DNA of 44,448 nucleotides, taken from the IMG/VR virus record IMGVR_UViG_2851949629_000004. One strand, given 5' to 3'. Of this stretch, positions 1 through 11,530 are shown piece by piece. Numbering within the stretch: position 1 is the first letter of the stretch; every line of letters begins with the position of its first letter. Below the pieces are notes generated by a model. It was given only the letters and a program-made list of their open reading frames with translations, ran no database searches and was not told the origin of the DNA. Position numbers and translations under genes: made by a program. This stretch comes from a virus. Lineage: Duplodnaviria > Heunggongvirae > Uroviricota > Caudoviricetes.

Positions 1-504
1 TTAACCCTCTGCCGCAGAGTCCGTATTCTGAGAGGCTCGCCAACGGTAAGCAAAGGCAAAAAGCGTCAGATCCAGCTCGAAGGTCTCGTGCATTCCATCC
101 ACGGACACGGAGGTACCCAGTAATCCCTTCCGAACCAGGGACTCCACACCAGTTTGCGGATCATCAAGCCGGTTCATTTGTCCCCATGTCATCACAGCAC
201 CGCCGAATGCTACAAAGTGCTGTACCACGTTTTTTTCACTGTCCGTAAGTGAATCATAAAGTGCGGCCAACTGCTGCCTTGAAGCAGCTTTTCCTTTCTG
301 GGCAAGAAGACGCTGATGCCATCCTCCGGCAATGATCTTGACAATCGGGAATGGAATAATAAATGCGAACAGCGTCAGGACATAGTCGTGAAGGAGCAGA
401 TAACAGCTCATTCCGGCAAGTCCCGCGACAAATATGGCGACATTAATGCCGAAATCCTTCTCCGTATAAACCCTGTCGAACAGTTTTCCAAGAAATTCAG
501 TCAT
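1..504 (-). CDS. hypothetical membrane protein (167 aa); prophage-end cargo, possibly superinfection-exclusion-type
   Basis: Complete ORF, ATG 504..502 to TAA 3..1; AGGGAG Shine-Dalgarno about 8 nt upstream; two N-terminal hydrophobic segments (INVAIFVAGLAGMSCYLLL, VLTLFAFIIPFPIVKII); located distal to tfa; no family recognised by eye. Confidence 0.5.
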   Translation of the reverse strand: MTEFLGKLFDRVYTEKDFGINVAIFVAGLAGMSCYLLLHDYVLTLFAFIIPFPIVKIIAGGWHQRLLAQKGKAASRQQLAALYDSLTDSEKNVVQHFVAFGGAVMTWGQMNRLDDPQTGVESLVRKGLLGTSVSVDGMHETFELDLTLFAFAYRWRASQNTDSAAEG

Positions 505-1029
505 TGATTTACTCCCTACATGCTATGTCGCACCGCCCCAAATCAAAAGAGCGAATGGTTCAGTGTCGGCAGTATTCCCAATGATTAGCCAACATGCGCC
601 CGGCATCATACCAGTTTTCAGTCAACACCAAGCCGGCAATAAGAGAGAACTCTTGATCCATCATGGCAATCAGATCTCCAAACAACACTGACAGAAATTC
701 CTGGATGAAGTTGCTTTTCGATTTACCGGCTACGCTGACCTAAGTGGTGTCGCCGTATTTATCAGTTTATTAACAGCCCCTCATAGCCCAGTACCTGTGA
801 ACATTGCTCAGTCACTAGACAAACCGCTGTGTGGTGACGGTCTTCCGGCCATTCGGTTCCCACTGTATTGAAGCATGCCAGGCTATTTCAATATCGCTAT
901 GCCGTGGCATCATTTAACCCCTTGTAATTCATCGTCATAACTGTAGTAATGTTTTCCGCTTCAGGGAAAAAATAGCATCCAACCGCAGCACGTTCTTGCA
1001 TACGACGTGCTGCGGCATAATCCCAATGA

Positions 1030-1614
1030 TTACTCCCTGACAGGGTTCGTAGGCCACTCAATATCAGGTGCAGTTGATGTATCAACACGGTTCAGCAACA
1101 CCCGATACTTCTTCCAGGCTTCCAGCAACGAGTTTTCTTCCTCCGTTGCGATCTCCAGATCTACAGCATCCTGAAGCGGCGCTATATGCTCACTGGCTAC
1201 CTGCATCAGGCTGTTTTTTGTTTCTTCCGCCTCCCGGATCCGGAACAGTTTTTCTGCTTCCGTATCCTTCACCCAGGCTGTGCCGTTCCACTTCTGAAAC
1301 TCCCCTTCCGGGGATAACCAGGTGACATTTTCCGGTAACGGACCGAGTTCAGAAATAAATAACGCGTCCCCTGACGCTACGTCATAAACCGTTTTACCCC
1401 GATGGTCTTCATCGAGATGCCACGATGCCTTATCACTGTTGAAAACAGCCACAAAGCCAGCAGGAATATCTGGTGGTGCAATATCGGTACTGTTTGCTGG
1501 CAGACCTGTATGAGGCGGAATATATGCGTCACCTTCACCAATAAATTCATTAGTTCCGGCCAGCAGATTATAAATTTTTATGGTCCGTGGTTGTTCACTC
1601 ATTCTGAATGCCAT
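1030..1614 (-). CDS. tfa: tail fiber assembly protein
   Basis: 194-aa ORF directly after stf; ATG 1614..1612 overlaps stf stop (TAATG); N-terminus [24 protein letters not shown] typical of lambdoid Tfa. Confidence 0.85.
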   Translation of the reverse strand: MAFRMSEQPRTIKIYNLLAGTNEFIGEGDAYIPPHTGLPANSTDIAPPDIPAGFVAVFNSDKASWHLDEDHRGKTVYDVASGDALFISELGPLPENVTWLSPEGEFQKWNGTAWVKDTEAEKLFRIREAEETKNSLMQVASEHIAPLQDAVDLEIATEEENSLLEAWKKYRVLLNRVDTSTAPDIEWPTNPVRE

Positions 1615-4600
1615 TATGCAAGCCTCACAATATAGTTAAATGCGATGTTTTTGACGGTGTTTTCCGCGTTACCAGCAGCGTTAACGGTGATGGTGTGTCC
1701 ATGTGAACCAATCGCAACGGAGTGCGTATGAGCACCAATACCGACAGTATGCGCGTGTGCACCTGCAGATGCTGCTGTGCCGGACAGTGAATGGCTATGA
1801 TTACCATCTGTACTGGTATTCGCTAACCACCCCGTAGACATACCTACTGAGCCTTGTACACCCCAGGTATTTTGACCTGAGCTTGTATAACCATATTGAT
1901 AAGTATCTTTAAAAACACTGGGGTTAAATCGACGGCCATCTCTATGGCTGTGATTACCAGCTGCATTCGTGCTGCCACTTAAACTATGGGTATGCGCACC
2001 AGTGTTATTCGTGGATTTAGTGCCGTAATCAAACGACGATGTGGTTTTCGTCCCCAAATCCGTACTGGATGCGCTGGCGCTGTGGGTATGCGATTTAATG
2101 CCATCCTGTTCCTGAGACAATACGGCACGACCACTGGCGGGCTTGCCCTTAATCGTCCAGCCACGCAAATCAGGGATCACGCCTGACGGATAAGCGGCAG
2201 CAAGTTTCGGGTAGGCAGATTTGTCAAAAGTCTGCCCCTGCATCAGGGCATAACCAGACGGAACGGTATCTGATGGCCACGGGATTGGTGCGCCGACTGG
2301 GTAGCTTTCTGGTGGAAGATTTTTCGAGGTATAAACTTCTGCCCAGTCTTCCTCAAAACCATAGCCATCTCTTGAAGAACGGTAGAACAGACCACCATTT
2401 CTGTAATGCGCCTTCATCTGCAGGGTCCGGCAACTTCCGACTCCGGTATAGAAGTTAACCAGAATATAGCTGTCGCCAGAGCGGGTGACATTGTAAGCGC
2501 CTGATTCGGCATTCCAGGGAACGCCACCATCCGCATCGGCATATGTATCCGTTGCCCTTCTGGCAAAAGCAGCCACATGCGCGGCGGTTAAAGTAATATC
2601 TTTGGAACCATCAAACTCAACACCAGAAACCAGTCTTGGCGTTTGCAGCTTTGTTGCTGTTAATGCATTACCGTTCAGACTTGCGGACAGTTTGGTTCCA
2701 ATAACCAGTTCGCCGGTTGCGTTATCAATAGCAAACGGTCTTAATGTATTCCAGCCACCATAAACATCACCTTGATTGGTAAGCAGCAGGTAAGTTTTAG
2801 CGCCATCATTACGCCATAATGCCCCATACTCCCCACCTATCATTCGAATCTGATTACCACCACGCGCTACAATTTCGTCTGTGGCAAAAAGTTTTTTGCA
2901 CGACAAGTTATCGTTAACGATTAACGAATGAGACTCATAAAAACCACGCCCACTCTTAAAATCAAGGATAACGTCCGCCGCGATACATTCAGTCGCCGGA
3001 TTTGTTGCCCCAAACTTATAGGTCGTATCATTAACAACGAGATCAGCACCAGGTGCGGATATTGACAGGCCATCTTCGATAAACGCAAAAACAGGGAAAG
3101 CAGCGCCATCAACATAGAACACAGAGCGCAAATCATCGCCCTTATTACTCATCATTATTGAGTGGATGGCTCGTTCATTGTTTTGATATTGCCAGAACAT
3201 TCCATAAGCATAACGCCCCCTGTCAGTCCAGCCACCAGGCATAACAAATCCGTTAAACTCGCAGTTATTCATCGGATCGCCTGCGGTTCGCGTTGCCGTG
3301 GTGATAATGACCCTTGATGCCAGTTCGCTTACTGAGCCAGCAGAACGCATAACAACAACAGGGTAATATTTTCCAGATATTGCACCTGCAGGAGCGTTAA
3401 CCCGCACATAACGCATACCACGCTTATCAGCAAAGTCTGTTTTACTGACCGCGTTAATGTTGTTCAGGAAGCGTCCCTTATCGGGTATATCAGCGCCGTT
3501 CTGGTCTTTCTGCAGACGTTTCTCTGCATTGTCATAGGCTGATTTTACTGCCTTTGGCGTTGCCGCCAGCGTTTCAGACGAACTGTTGGTCGCACTGCTG
3601 AGCTGTACTATCCCCTTTTTCGTCGTACTTGCATCCTCAAGCGCCACGGCGGATGCAATATCCTCTGCCCGTTTAGCTGCTGTCTCGGCGCGCGTTGCTG
3701 CGGATTCTGCCGTATTCTTGCTCTGTGCTGCCGCCGTCGCACTGCCAGCAGCCTCTGTTGCCTTCGTGGATGCCGTCGTGGCGCTGCCTTTCGCTGCTGA
3801 TGCCTGTCTGGTCGCCTCATCTTTTGAAGCAGACGCCGATGAGGCCGATGACGCCGCCGAACTGGCGGACGATGCGGCAGCCGTTTTTGAGGATTCTGCG
3901 CTGGTTTCCGACGCTTTCGCGTTCGTTTCGGATGTCTTCGCTGCGGAAGCTGACCTCGCTGCTGCCGTGGCCTGCTCAGTGGCTTCGCCAGCCTTCGTTG
4001 TGGCTGTTGAAGCGGATGATGCGGCGCTTTCTGCCGATTTTCCGGCGGCGGTGGCACTGGCTGAGGCCTGCCCGGCACTTGTTGACGCGGCACTGGCAGA
4101 CGACGCAGCCGCTGTTTTTGAGCCTGCCGCAGCTGAGGCGCTCTGTCCCGCTGCCGTCTCAGAAGACCTGGCGTTCGTCTCGGACGTTTTTGCCGCCTTC
4201 GCGGAATTTCCTGCCGCCGTTGCCGAGGAAGCTGCGCTACTGGCGCTCAAGGATGCGTTCGTTTCTGATGATTTCGCTGCCTCTTTTGAGGCCGCCGCAT
4301 CCCGGGCTGAGGTGGCAGCTTCTGACGCTTTCGTGGTCGCGGTGGATGCAGAAGTGGCGGCAGATTGTTCTGACGCTGCGGCATTCGTTTCTGACGTTTT
4401 CGCCGCACCGGCACTGGTAGCTGCCACGCTTTTTGAGGACTCTGCAGCGGCAGCACTTTTTGAGGCTTCAGTGGCCTTTGTTGATGCCGTTCCTGCGCTG
4501 GAAGACGCTGACTGAGCCGACGAAGCGGCCTGTCCGGCTGACGTGCTGGCTGCACGTGCTGAATCTGCAGCATCAGTCGCATGGGTTGCCGCCTCACGGG

Positions 4601-5012
4601 CAGATGTGCTGGCATCACTGGCTGACTTCTTCGCGGCTGCCGTGTTCTGTGCCACCACGGACGCGTTACGCGCCACCTCTTCCACCATCAGTTCAAAACG
4701 GCGCAGTGCCTCAGGACGGGCATCATCCTCCGTCATGGCACCGAGAAAATCATTCAGCGTACCGGGTCGGGAATCTTCATACACGGTGATGGTCCCGGCA
4801 TGTGACGGCGGGAATCCTTCCACCAACAGAATAACGCTGTACTGACCGTACTCAACGTCCATGCTGTAACGCCCGGCTTCATCCGGATTTTCTGAGGCCA
4901 GCGTGTTCACCACCACCGTGGTGCTGTTACGTTTTGCTTTCAGCTGGATTGTGCAGTTCTGTACCGGTTTTCCTGTGCCGTCTTTCAGTACACCTGAAAT
5001 CTTTACTGCCAT
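1614..5012 (-). CDS. stf: side tail fiber protein with long Ala/Ser/Thr-rich repeat tract and His-rich HxH C-terminal region
   Basis: Track ORF 1614..5018 begins with GTG; ATG at 5012 gives [19 protein letters not shown], a lambda Stf-like N-terminus; GGGGTGA SD upstream; C-terminal GAHTHS/GNHSHS/HGHT motifs resemble T4 gp37-type fibers. Confidence 0.9.
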   Translation of the reverse strand: MAVKISGVLKDGTGKPVQNCTIQLKAKRNSTTVVVNTLASENPDEAGRYSMDVEYGQYSVILLVEGFPPSHAGTITVYEDSRPGTLNDFLGAMTEDDARPEALRRFELMVEEVARNASVVAQNTAAAKKSASDASTSAREAATHATDAADSARAASTSAGQAASSAQSASSSAGTASTKATEASKSAAAAESSKSVAATSAGAAKTSETNAAASEQSAATSASTATTKASEAATSARDAAASKEAAKSSETNASLSASSAASSATAAGNSAKAAKTSETNARSSETAAGQSASAAAGSKTAAASSASAASTSAGQASASATAAGKSAESAASSASTATTKAGEATEQATAAARSASAAKTSETNAKASETSAESSKTAAASSASSAASSASSASASKDEATRQASAAKGSATTASTKATEAAGSATAAAQSKNTAESAATRAETAAKRAEDIASAVALEDASTTKKGIVQLSSATNSSSETLAATPKAVKSAYDNAEKRLQKDQNGADIPDKGRFLNNINAVSKTDFADKRGMRYVRVNAPAGAISGKYYPVVVMRSAGSVSELASRVIITTATRTAGDPMNNCEFNGFVMPGGWTDRGRYAYGMFWQYQNNERAIHSIMMSNKGDDLRSVFYVDGAAFPVFAFIEDGLSISAPGADLVVNDTTYKFGATNPATECIAADVILDFKSGRGFYESHSLIVNDNLSCKKLFATDEIVARGGNQIRMIGGEYGALWRNDGAKTYLLLTNQGDVYGGWNTLRPFAIDNATGELVIGTKLSASLNGNALTATKLQTPRLVSGVEFDGSKDITLTAAHVAAFARRATDTYADADGGVPWNAESGAYNVTRSGDSYILVNFYTGVGSCRTLQMKAHYRNGGLFYRSSRDGYGFEEDWAEVYTSKNLPPESYPVGAPIPWPSDTVPSGYALMQGQTFDKSAYPKLAAAYPSGVIPDLRGWTIKGKPASGRAVLSQEQDGIKSHTHSASASSTDLGTKTTSSFDYGTKSTNNTGAHTHSLSGSTNAAGNHSHRDGRRFNPSVFKDTYQYGYTSSGQNTWGVQGSVGMSTGWLANTSTDGNHSHSLSGTAASAGAHAHTVGIGAHTHSVAIGSHGHTITVNAAGNAENTVKNIAFNYIVRLA

Positions 5013-5023
5013 ATTCACCCCAC

Positions 5024-5050
5024 AAAAAAGCCCGCCTGAACCGGCGGGCT
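5024..5050 (-). terminator. intrinsic terminator between lom and stf
   Basis: Minus-strand RNA: stem AGCCCGCC / GGCGGGCU (8 bp, loop 6 nt) followed by U6; sits 27 nt after the lom stop. Confidence 0.6.
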
Positions 5051-5076
5051 GTCATAACACTGTGTTACCTGGCTAA

Positions 5077-5676
5077 TCAGAACTTATAACCGACACCCAT
5101 GATGAAACCGTCAGTGCGCCAGTCGCCACTGCCGGAGCCTTCATAAGCAATATCAATGGCCACGGATTCGGTCGGGTTAAACTGCACGCCAGCTCCCCAC
5201 GCCAGAGACGTGTTGCTGTGGCGACCGTCATCACTTCCGGTCAGCACGTCGTGCGTTTTCCCCTTGTTGTCAGTTACGCGGAGATAATCCCCGGAGAAAG
5301 TCGACACACGGCTGTAAGCCATACCCGCCATCACATACGCGCTGAACCATTCATTCACGCGCACAGACGGCCCCGCCATCACGCTGAACCAGCGGTTGCG
5401 CACGGAATCTTCATGCCAGCGGGTATCGCTGTAACGGGTAAGCTGGCGATTCTTGTCTCCTGCATAGCTGAATGACGTCACCAGCCCCAGTGTGTCCGTA
5501 AACTCATAACGGTATTTCACGTTAATCCCGTTAAGATCATCGCTGCCGGGAACGTTCGTCGAGGCATGAAGATACCCCGCGCTCAGCGTGGACTGATGTT
5601 CAGATGCCCATGCAGGCGCACCGGATACGGACAGACAGATGGCTGCGGACAAAATGGCTGCACAAACTTTACGCAT
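5077..5676 (-). CDS. lom: Lom/Ail-family outer membrane beta-barrel protein (lysogenic conversion)
   Basis: 199-aa ORF with signal peptide [24 protein letters not shown] and C-terminal GYKF aromatic end; position between J and stf as in lambda. Confidence 0.9.
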   Translation of the reverse strand: MRKVCAAILSAAICLSVSGAPAWASEHQSTLSAGYLHASTNVPGSDDLNGINVKYRYEFTDTLGLVTSFSYAGDKNRQLTRYSDTRWHEDSVRNRWFSVMAGPSVRVNEWFSAYVMAGMAYSRVSTFSGDYLRVTDNKGKTHDVLTGSDDGRHSNTSLAWGAGVQFNPTESVAIDIAYEGSGSGDWRTDGFIMGVGYKF

Positions 5677-5698
5677 AATTACCTCTCGCTTTTCTGCA

Positions 5699-5724
5699 AT
5701 AAAAAAGGCGCCATTTCTGGCGCC
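5699..5724 (-). terminator. intrinsic terminator between J and lom
   Basis: Minus-strand RNA: stem GGCGCCA / UGGCGCC (7 bp, loop 4 nt) followed by U-rich tract; 20 nt after J stop. Confidence 0.6.
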
Positions 5725-5743
5725 CGTATATGGGTTATAAAAT

Positions 5744-8700
5744 TCAGCGGATACTGATGCCTGCGGTGGCTTTCTTCATCACCACAACCAGCAAATCGCT
5801 GATACTTGCTGTGGGATACCAGTCATTTACCAGCCATGCTGACACCGAAAACTCCAGCGTCATGTGACCGTGACCGGCAGGCATATCAATAACGCCACTG
5901 TAAATCAGCGTATTATCCAGCGCGGTACGGTTATAAATTTCAGCACCGTTTTTCCGCACTATCAGACGGCATGAGGAGTAAATATCAGTATGCTCTCTCT
6001 CATGTTTAGCGCCGCTGAATGCCACCGCCGGAATAACAATCTGCCGGTCAAACGGCTGATCGTCATAAACCCTGACGGTAATGGTCCCTGATGGCCACCG
6101 TTCCGGTGCACGGGAGTCCCGGGGGAAAGCTTTGCCCACTGTTTTAACGAGATCGCCTTCAATCTGGTTCGCGGACAGTTTTCCCAGAACCCGACAGTTC
6201 TCGTTAATCGTGACGTTGTTGAGCGTCCCGGAGTTCGCATTCACGTTACCGCTGATATCGGCATTTTTCGCCGTCAGCCGCCCATCCGGTGTCAGGGAAA
6301 ATGCCGGTGGATTTCCACCACTGGTAATGGTGGGGGCCGTCAGGCGTTTCAGGAACACGTCGTTCATGAATATCTGGTTGCCCTGCGCCACAAACATCGG
6401 CGTTTCATTCCCGTTTGCCGGGTCAATAAACGCGATACGATTGGCGGCAACCAGAAACTGGCTCAGCTTGCCTTCCTCCGTGTCCTCCATGCTGAGGCCA
6501 ATACCCGCGACATAATGTTTGCCGTCTTTGGTCTGCTCAATTTTGACGCCCCACATGGCATTCCATTTATCGTTAGCGTCCTTCCACTCTTTCGAAAACT
6601 CCTCCAGTTTGCTGGCGTTATCTTCCGTCAGCTCAAAGTTTTCCAGCAGTTCCTTGCCGAGATGCGTTTTATTGATCAACCCTTTATAAAAATTCAGATA
6701 ACCTTCCGCATCATCGCTCGCCCGACCGACAGCCTCCACAAATGCCGATTTACCAACGGTGTTCACGCTGCGGATATAAAAGTAATAATCATAACCCGGC
6801 TTAATATTGCTACTGGCGGCTATCCAGTACAGCGCCGTACCAAGATAACGCGCGCTGGTTTCAACCTGCCTGATATCGATAATCCGCTTTTCCGAGAACC
6901 AGAACTCAAACTGCACCGTCGGGTCATATACAGCCAGTTTCGGGACCGCTGTTATCTGAAAATACCCTGGTATCAGTTCAATAGTGACAGGCGCTGCCGG
7001 TGCCGCAATCCGGAACGATACCGATGCCGGATCGCCCTGCTGCCCCCACGCATTTACCGCCCGGACTGTCAGCGTGTAGTTCCCTGGCGCCAGTTGCGTG
7101 AAGCGGTATGTGGTTTCCGTCGTCCGGGCCGTGCTGACCAGCCGCTCACTGCCGTCGTCCGCTGTTACGGTCAGACGGAGCAGGAAGCTCACGCCCTTCA
7201 CCACCTTCGGTGTGTCCCATCGCGCCAGCACCTGATACTCCCCGCTGTCTGCGGTGACTTCGGCAGTCAGGTGCTGCACCGCTGGCGGCGTGACACCATT
7301 CACCGTGCCGCTCTGGTCGCCGTCAAAGTGCGCCCCGTTATCCACGATGGCCTCTTTTTCCGGTACATGCTGCACGGCGGTGATGGCATACGTGCCGTCG
7401 TCGTTCTCACGGATACTCACGCAGCGGAACAGGCGCTGGCGCAACGTCGGCAGCTTCAGCCCCCATACGCTGTATTCAGCAACGCCGTCAGGAACACGGC
7501 TCACTTTCACCTTCACGCCGTCGGTGACGGACTGAACCTCCACGCTGACCGGACTCCCCTGCCCGTCAACCAGGCTTATCAGCGTGGTGCCGGAAGATGG
7601 CAGCGTGATTTCACGGTCGAGCGTCAGCGTCCGGGTCTGGCTGTTTACCGCCAGCACGCGCCCGCCGGTGCTGATACCGGCATAGTCATCATCACAGATT
7701 TCAATGACATCGCCCGGCACATGGCGAAGCCCTTCTGCGCCCACGCTGAAGTCCACGGTCTGCGTTTCCAGCAGTTCTGTTTTAATCAGCCACAGCCCGG
7801 CGCGGTGTGCCTGCCCCCGGCTGGTACAGCCAAAGGCATCCATCTTCGTGACATTACGACCGTAACGGGCAATGGCCTGCGTATCTTCAACAAGCTCTGT
7901 CGCCGTCTCCCAGCCGTTGTTCGGGTCAATCCAGTTCACCTCAACGGCATTATGGCGGTCCTTCAGGGCGCTGAAGCTGTAGCGGAACGGCGCGCCATCA
8001 TCCGGCATCACCACATTACTGCGGTTATAGGTCCACACCTTATCTGATGGTCGGTCCTGCACGAACGTCAGCGTCTGCCCGTTCCATACCGGCATACAGC
8101 GCATCGCCGAGCAGAAATCACTGAGCACATCCCACGCCTTACGCTGCGTGGTAAGCCAGGCATTACAGGTGATGCGCGGCTCCGTGCCGCCAAAACCGTC
8201 CGGCACTGACTGGTCGCAGTACTGGCCGATGACATACAGCGCCCATTTATCCACATCCGCCGCACCAAGACGTTTCCCCATGCCGTAGCGCGGGTGGGTC
8301 AGCATATCCCACAGACACCAGGCCGGGTTGTTGCTGTATGCCGGCTTAAACGTTCCGTCCCAGATACCGCTGTATTGCCGCGTCTGCGGGTTATAGTTCG
8401 ACGGCACCTGCAGAATGCGCCCGCGAAGATGATAATTACGGCTCACCTGCTGGCTGCCGAACTGCTCCGAATCCACCTGTACGCCGACCAGTGCCGTGTT
8501 CGGGTAGCACTGTTTCACATCGATGATTTCGGTGTATGACGACCAGAGCGTTTTGTTCTGCAGCTGGTCTGTGGTGCTGTCCGGCGTCATCCTGCGCATC
8601 CGGATACTGAACGGGCGCGGCGGCAGGTTATCCACCACCACCGAGGCCAGATACTGTGAAGTGGTTTTACCCTTAATGGTGATGTCTTTTTCCGTCACCC

Positions 8701-9139
8701 AGCCACCGTTACGTTGTATCTGAACCAGCAGGCGGACTTCCGATGGATTCCTGTCCCCCTTTGAGGTGGTTTCCACCAGTGCCTGCACACCGAAGGTAAA
8801 GCGCAGTCGGTCGATGTTTGCAGACGTGATGGTCCGGGTAATCGGCGTGTCGTACTTCACTTCCGTACCCAGCACCGTCTCGGAGCCGGAGGATTCAAAT
8901 CCCTCCGGCGGTGTCTGCTCCTGCTCACCTGCCCGGAAAACCACCGTGACACCGGAGATATTGGTATTCCCCTCACTGTCCAGCACTGGCGTACTGTTCA
9001 GCAGCACACTTTTTAATCCGTCCACCGGACCTTCAACCGGCCCTTCACTGATGGCGTCTATCACGCTCAGCATCTGGGATGATTTCAGGTTGTCCTTCGC
9101 TTCGCGCGGGGTATGCCCCTTACTGCTGCCTTTACCCAT
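5744..9139 (-). CDS. J: tail tip / host specificity protein J
   Basis: 1131-aa ORF, N-terminus [22 protein letters not shown] as in lambda J; follows I. Confidence 0.95.
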   Translation of the reverse strand: MGKGSSKGHTPREAKDNLKSSQMLSVIDAISEGPVEGPVDGLKSVLLNSTPVLDSEGNTNISGVTVVFRAGEQEQTPPEGFESSGSETVLGTEVKYDTPITRTITSANIDRLRFTFGVQALVETTSKGDRNPSEVRLLVQIQRNGGWVTEKDITIKGKTTSQYLASVVVDNLPPRPFSIRMRRMTPDSTTDQLQNKTLWSSYTEIIDVKQCYPNTALVGVQVDSEQFGSQQVSRNYHLRGRILQVPSNYNPQTRQYSGIWDGTFKPAYSNNPAWCLWDMLTHPRYGMGKRLGAADVDKWALYVIGQYCDQSVPDGFGGTEPRITCNAWLTTQRKAWDVLSDFCSAMRCMPVWNGQTLTFVQDRPSDKVWTYNRSNVVMPDDGAPFRYSFSALKDRHNAVEVNWIDPNNGWETATELVEDTQAIARYGRNVTKMDAFGCTSRGQAHRAGLWLIKTELLETQTVDFSVGAEGLRHVPGDVIEICDDDYAGISTGGRVLAVNSQTRTLTLDREITLPSSGTTLISLVDGQGSPVSVEVQSVTDGVKVKVSRVPDGVAEYSVWGLKLPTLRQRLFRCVSIRENDDGTYAITAVQHVPEKEAIVDNGAHFDGDQSGTVNGVTPPAVQHLTAEVTADSGEYQVLARWDTPKVVKGVSFLLRLTVTADDGSERLVSTARTTETTYRFTQLAPGNYTLTVRAVNAWGQQGDPASVSFRIAAPAAPVTIELIPGYFQITAVPKLAVYDPTVQFEFWFSEKRIIDIRQVETSARYLGTALYWIAASSNIKPGYDYYFYIRSVNTVGKSAFVEAVGRASDDAEGYLNFYKGLINKTHLGKELLENFELTEDNASKLEEFSKEWKDANDKWNAMWGVKIEQTKDGKHYVAGIGLSMEDTEEGKLSQFLVAANRIAFIDPANGNETPMFVAQGNQIFMNDVFLKRLTAPTITSGGNPPAFSLTPDGRLTAKNADISGNVNANSGTLNNVTINENCRVLGKLSANQIEGDLVKTVGKAFPRDSRAPERWPSGTITVRVYDDQPFDRQIVIPAVAFSGAKHEREHTDIYSSCRLIVRKNGAEIYNRTALDNTLIYSGVIDMPAGHGHMTLEFSVSAWLVNDWYPTASISDLLVVVMKKATAGISIR

Positions 9140-9199
9140 TCGTCACGCTCCATAAACGACAAAACCGCCCGCAGGCGGTTTCACATAAAACATTTTTCA

Positions 9200-9847
9200 T
9201 CAGCGACCAATCACCACAACCTGACCACCATCCCCTTCGTCTGCCGTGCTGATCTCCTGAGAAACCACCCGCGACCCCACGCGCATTTCACCGTACAGAA
9301 CGGGCAGAACATTGCCCTGGGCAACCATGTTATCCAGTGAGGAGAAATACGTGTTCTGTTTGCCGTTATCTGTACTGGCTGCCGTGGGCGTCCTGGCTTT
9401 CGGTGCCAGCATCTGCGCCACTCCGCCCAGGATCATACTGGCCCCTGCCGCATACATGCCCGATACAGCCGCAGCACCCAGCCAGCCCACAGGGTTCCAC
9501 CATGCCACCGCAATCAGCGCCGCCCCCAGCACCACCTGAAACACACCGCCACTTTTAGCTCCCGCCAGACGCGGCACGATGTGGATCACGGCACCATTTG
9601 CCAGCGGCTCATTAAGACGGGCAGACAATTCGGTTTCACCTGCATCACGCCCGGCAATGCGTACCTGGTACCAGCCGTCGCTCAGTTTCTGACGAAACGC
9701 CGGGATCTGCATGGCCAGCGCCCGGATGGCTTCGGACCCCGTTTTCACTCGAAGGTCGATGCGGCGGCCAAATCGTTGTAAATCCCCGTAAAGGCAGATG
9801 CGTGCCATGCCCGGTGACGCCAGAGGGAGTGTGTGCGTCGCTGCCAT
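9200..9847 (-). CDS. I: tail assembly protein I
   Basis: 215-aa ORF starting MAATHTLPLASPGMARICLYG with GAGAGG SD; C-terminal NTYFSSLDNMVAQGNVLPVLYGEMRVG motif typical of lambda I. Confidence 0.85.
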   Translation of the reverse strand: MAATHTLPLASPGMARICLYGDLQRFGRRIDLRVKTGSEAIRALAMQIPAFRQKLSDGWYQVRIAGRDAGETELSARLNEPLANGAVIHIVPRLAGAKSGGVFQVVLGAALIAVAWWNPVGWLGAAAVSGMYAAGASMILGGVAQMLAPKARTPTAASTDNGKQNTYFSSLDNMVAQGNVLPVLYGEMRVGSRVVSQEISTADEGDGGQVVVIGR

Positions 9848-10488
9848 TTGTCGGTGTACCTCTCTCGTTTGCTCAGTTGTTCAGGAATATGGTGCAGCAG
9901 CTCGCCGTCACCACAGTAAATGGCGGCATGATTCGGCACCGATGAACCAAAACAGCACAGCAGCACATCGCCCGGCTGCGCCGATGACAACGGCACCTGA
10001 TACAGCCCCGTTGCTTCCAGATTATCCAGATAGAGATTCTGACCGTTACGCCACCAGTCATCCCCGCGATGAAAATCCGGCATCTCAATCCCCGCCAGAT
10101 GATAAGCATCCCGGAACAGCGTGTAACAGTCCGTCACCCCGTGCTCAAAGCGCCGCCCGGTAAGATGCGGCACACAGCGGAACTTGTGAATCTCTCCCCG
10201 GCAGACCAGCCACCAAGGCAAATCGCTTTGCACCTGCAGCCGCCTGTCAGCCTCACTCAGCCAGGGCAGACCACCGGGGTGGCTGTGGACCAGCGCCACA
10301 ATCTCACTCTGCATCTCTGCCCACAGCCAGTCCTCCGGCGACATCCGGAAATACGCCTCCGGCTCACCGGAGATATTCACGCAGGGAAAATATCTTTCCC
10401 CTTCCGGCGTTCTCACCACGAAGCCGCACGACTCCGCTGGCGCACATCGCCGGGCGTGCGCCAGAATCGCTGATTCTGTCTGTGTCAT
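9745..10488 (-). CDS. K: tail assembly protein K (NlpC/P60 plus JAB-type domains)
   Basis: ATG at 10488 (MTQTESAILAHARRCAPAESCGF), 5 nt after L stop; track start 10530 is TTG; ORF runs 103 nt into I. Confidence 0.8.
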   Translation of the reverse strand: MTQTESAILAHARRCAPAESCGFVVRTPEGERYFPCVNISGEPEAYFRMSPEDWLWAEMQSEIVALVHSHPGGLPWLSEADRRLQVQSDLPWWLVCRGEIHKFRCVPHLTGRRFEHGVTDCYTLFRDAYHLAGIEMPDFHRGDDWWRNGQNLYLDNLEATGLYQVPLSSAQPGDVLLCCFGSSVPNHAAIYCGDGELLHHIPEQLSKRERYTDKWQRRTHSLWRHRAWHASAFTGIYNDLAAASTFE

Positions 10489-10492
10489 GGGA

Positions 10493-11191
10493 TTACTGCG
10501 AAAGTTTGTTAATGGAAAGGAAGCCGCCAAAGTTGCCGACGTTATTGCGAAACTTACAGCCGCTCAGGCATTTGCTGCATTTATCCTTCGTGATATCGGA
10601 CGTCGGCTGGTCATATTCATCCGCGACAGCCGGACCATGATAACCGCACTCATCACCGCGATAGGTCCAGGTGCAGGTGTTGGCCAGCATGATGCGCCCC
10701 GGAAAAACAGCACCATCCGTTTCCGTCGGTGTGGAGAGCACAAAGGAGGCACTAACCGCACTCAGTTCGCTGCACTGCTCGATGCGCCAGCGGCTGATCA
10801 CCTCCTGCTCCGGATCGGCGTCGCTGTTTCCGTTGACGAAGTTCACCGCATCCAGAAAACGGGCGTAAACCTTACGCCTGACCACCGTTCCGCCGACCAG
10901 ACTCTGCAGGTCTTCCGCCATCCCGGTGACCATGCCGTGCAGGTTAGAGACCGTCAGTGTCGGACGGGCAGCACTGCCCTTACCGTTCAGTTCAAATCCC
11001 GTCCCCTGAATGGGGTATGCCTGATACTGCCGCCCCTGCCAGGTAACCGGCTCACCTTTTTCGTTCTGCTCATTACAGAAAAAATAACGTTCACCACCGA
11101 CCTCTGTCAGATCGATTTCCCAGAGCACCACCTGGGCTGACTGAGTGAGGCGTGTCGTCTCATGATGTGTTTCCTGTGGAATATCCTGCAT
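10493..11191 (-). CDS. L: minor tail protein L
   Basis: 232-aa ORF (same length as lambda L), MQDIPQETHHETTRLTQSAQVVLWEIDL; C-terminal Cys cluster. Confidence 0.9.
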   Translation of the reverse strand: MQDIPQETHHETTRLTQSAQVVLWEIDLTEVGGERYFFCNEQNEKGEPVTWQGRQYQAYPIQGTGFELNGKGSAARPTLTVSNLHGMVTGMAEDLQSLVGGTVVRRKVYARFLDAVNFVNGNSDADPEQEVISRWRIEQCSELSAVSASFVLSTPTETDGAVFPGRIMLANTCTWTYRGDECGYHGPAVADEYDQPTSDITKDKCSKCLSGCKFRNNVGNFGGFLSINKLSQ

Positions 11192-11200
11192 CAGAGCCTC

Positions 11201-11530
11201 CTATGCCACGACCTGTTCAAAATCTGCCGTTATGGTTACCCACAACGCCCCCACGCTTGCCGACCATTTACGACAAACCACCCTGATCGGCTTCCAGTCA
11301 TAAGGTGGCGTCCACTGAAATGCGCGGACGCCACCGTGCCGTTCCAGAAAGGCTTTTAAAGATGGGTGTTCACATTTACGAACACGTATCGTCACGCTGT
11401 AAGTCGACAACTGGTTATTCAGTCCCGCCGCACGACGCTGTTCATAACCATCGCCCAGCTTCACTGTCACCACTTTCGGCTCTGATACCACATTCATATC
11501 CGGGCGCACTTTCCAGTGAAACGTCTCCAT
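11201..11530 (-). CDS. M: minor tail protein M
   Basis: 109-aa ORF METFHWKVRPDMNVVSEPKVV; start overlaps tape-measure stop by 1 nt. Confidence 0.9.
   Translation of the reverse strand: METFHWKVRPDMNVVSEPKVVTVKLGDGYEQRRAAGLNNQLSTYSVTIRVRKCEHPSLKAFLERHGGVRAFQWTPPYDWKPIRVVCRKWSASVGALWVTITADFEQVVA

Noticed and set aside
897..1088. 63-aa ORF overlapping the 3' end of tfa
   Set aside because: Overlaps tfa in another frame and extends into the degraded region; no start context; likely not expressed
3500..4520. Possible CRISPR array suggested by periodic repeats
   Set aside because: Repeats are imperfect, in frame within stf, encode Ala/Ser/Thr-rich peptide units and lack the repeat-spacer regularity of CRISPR; no cas genes anywhere in the window
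3586..4618. Long ORFs on both strands (309, 241, 161, 123 aa) inside the stf repeat tract
   Set aside because: They overlap the well-supported tail fiber frame, have Ala/Arg/Pro-rich low-complexity translations produced by the GC-rich repeat, and lack starts with SD; treated as frame artefacts
6515..8047. 510-aa plus-strand ORF antisense to J
   Set aside because: Entirely within the J coding region on the opposite strand, Arg-rich with no recognisable motif or ribosome-binding site; typical GC-rich antisense artefact
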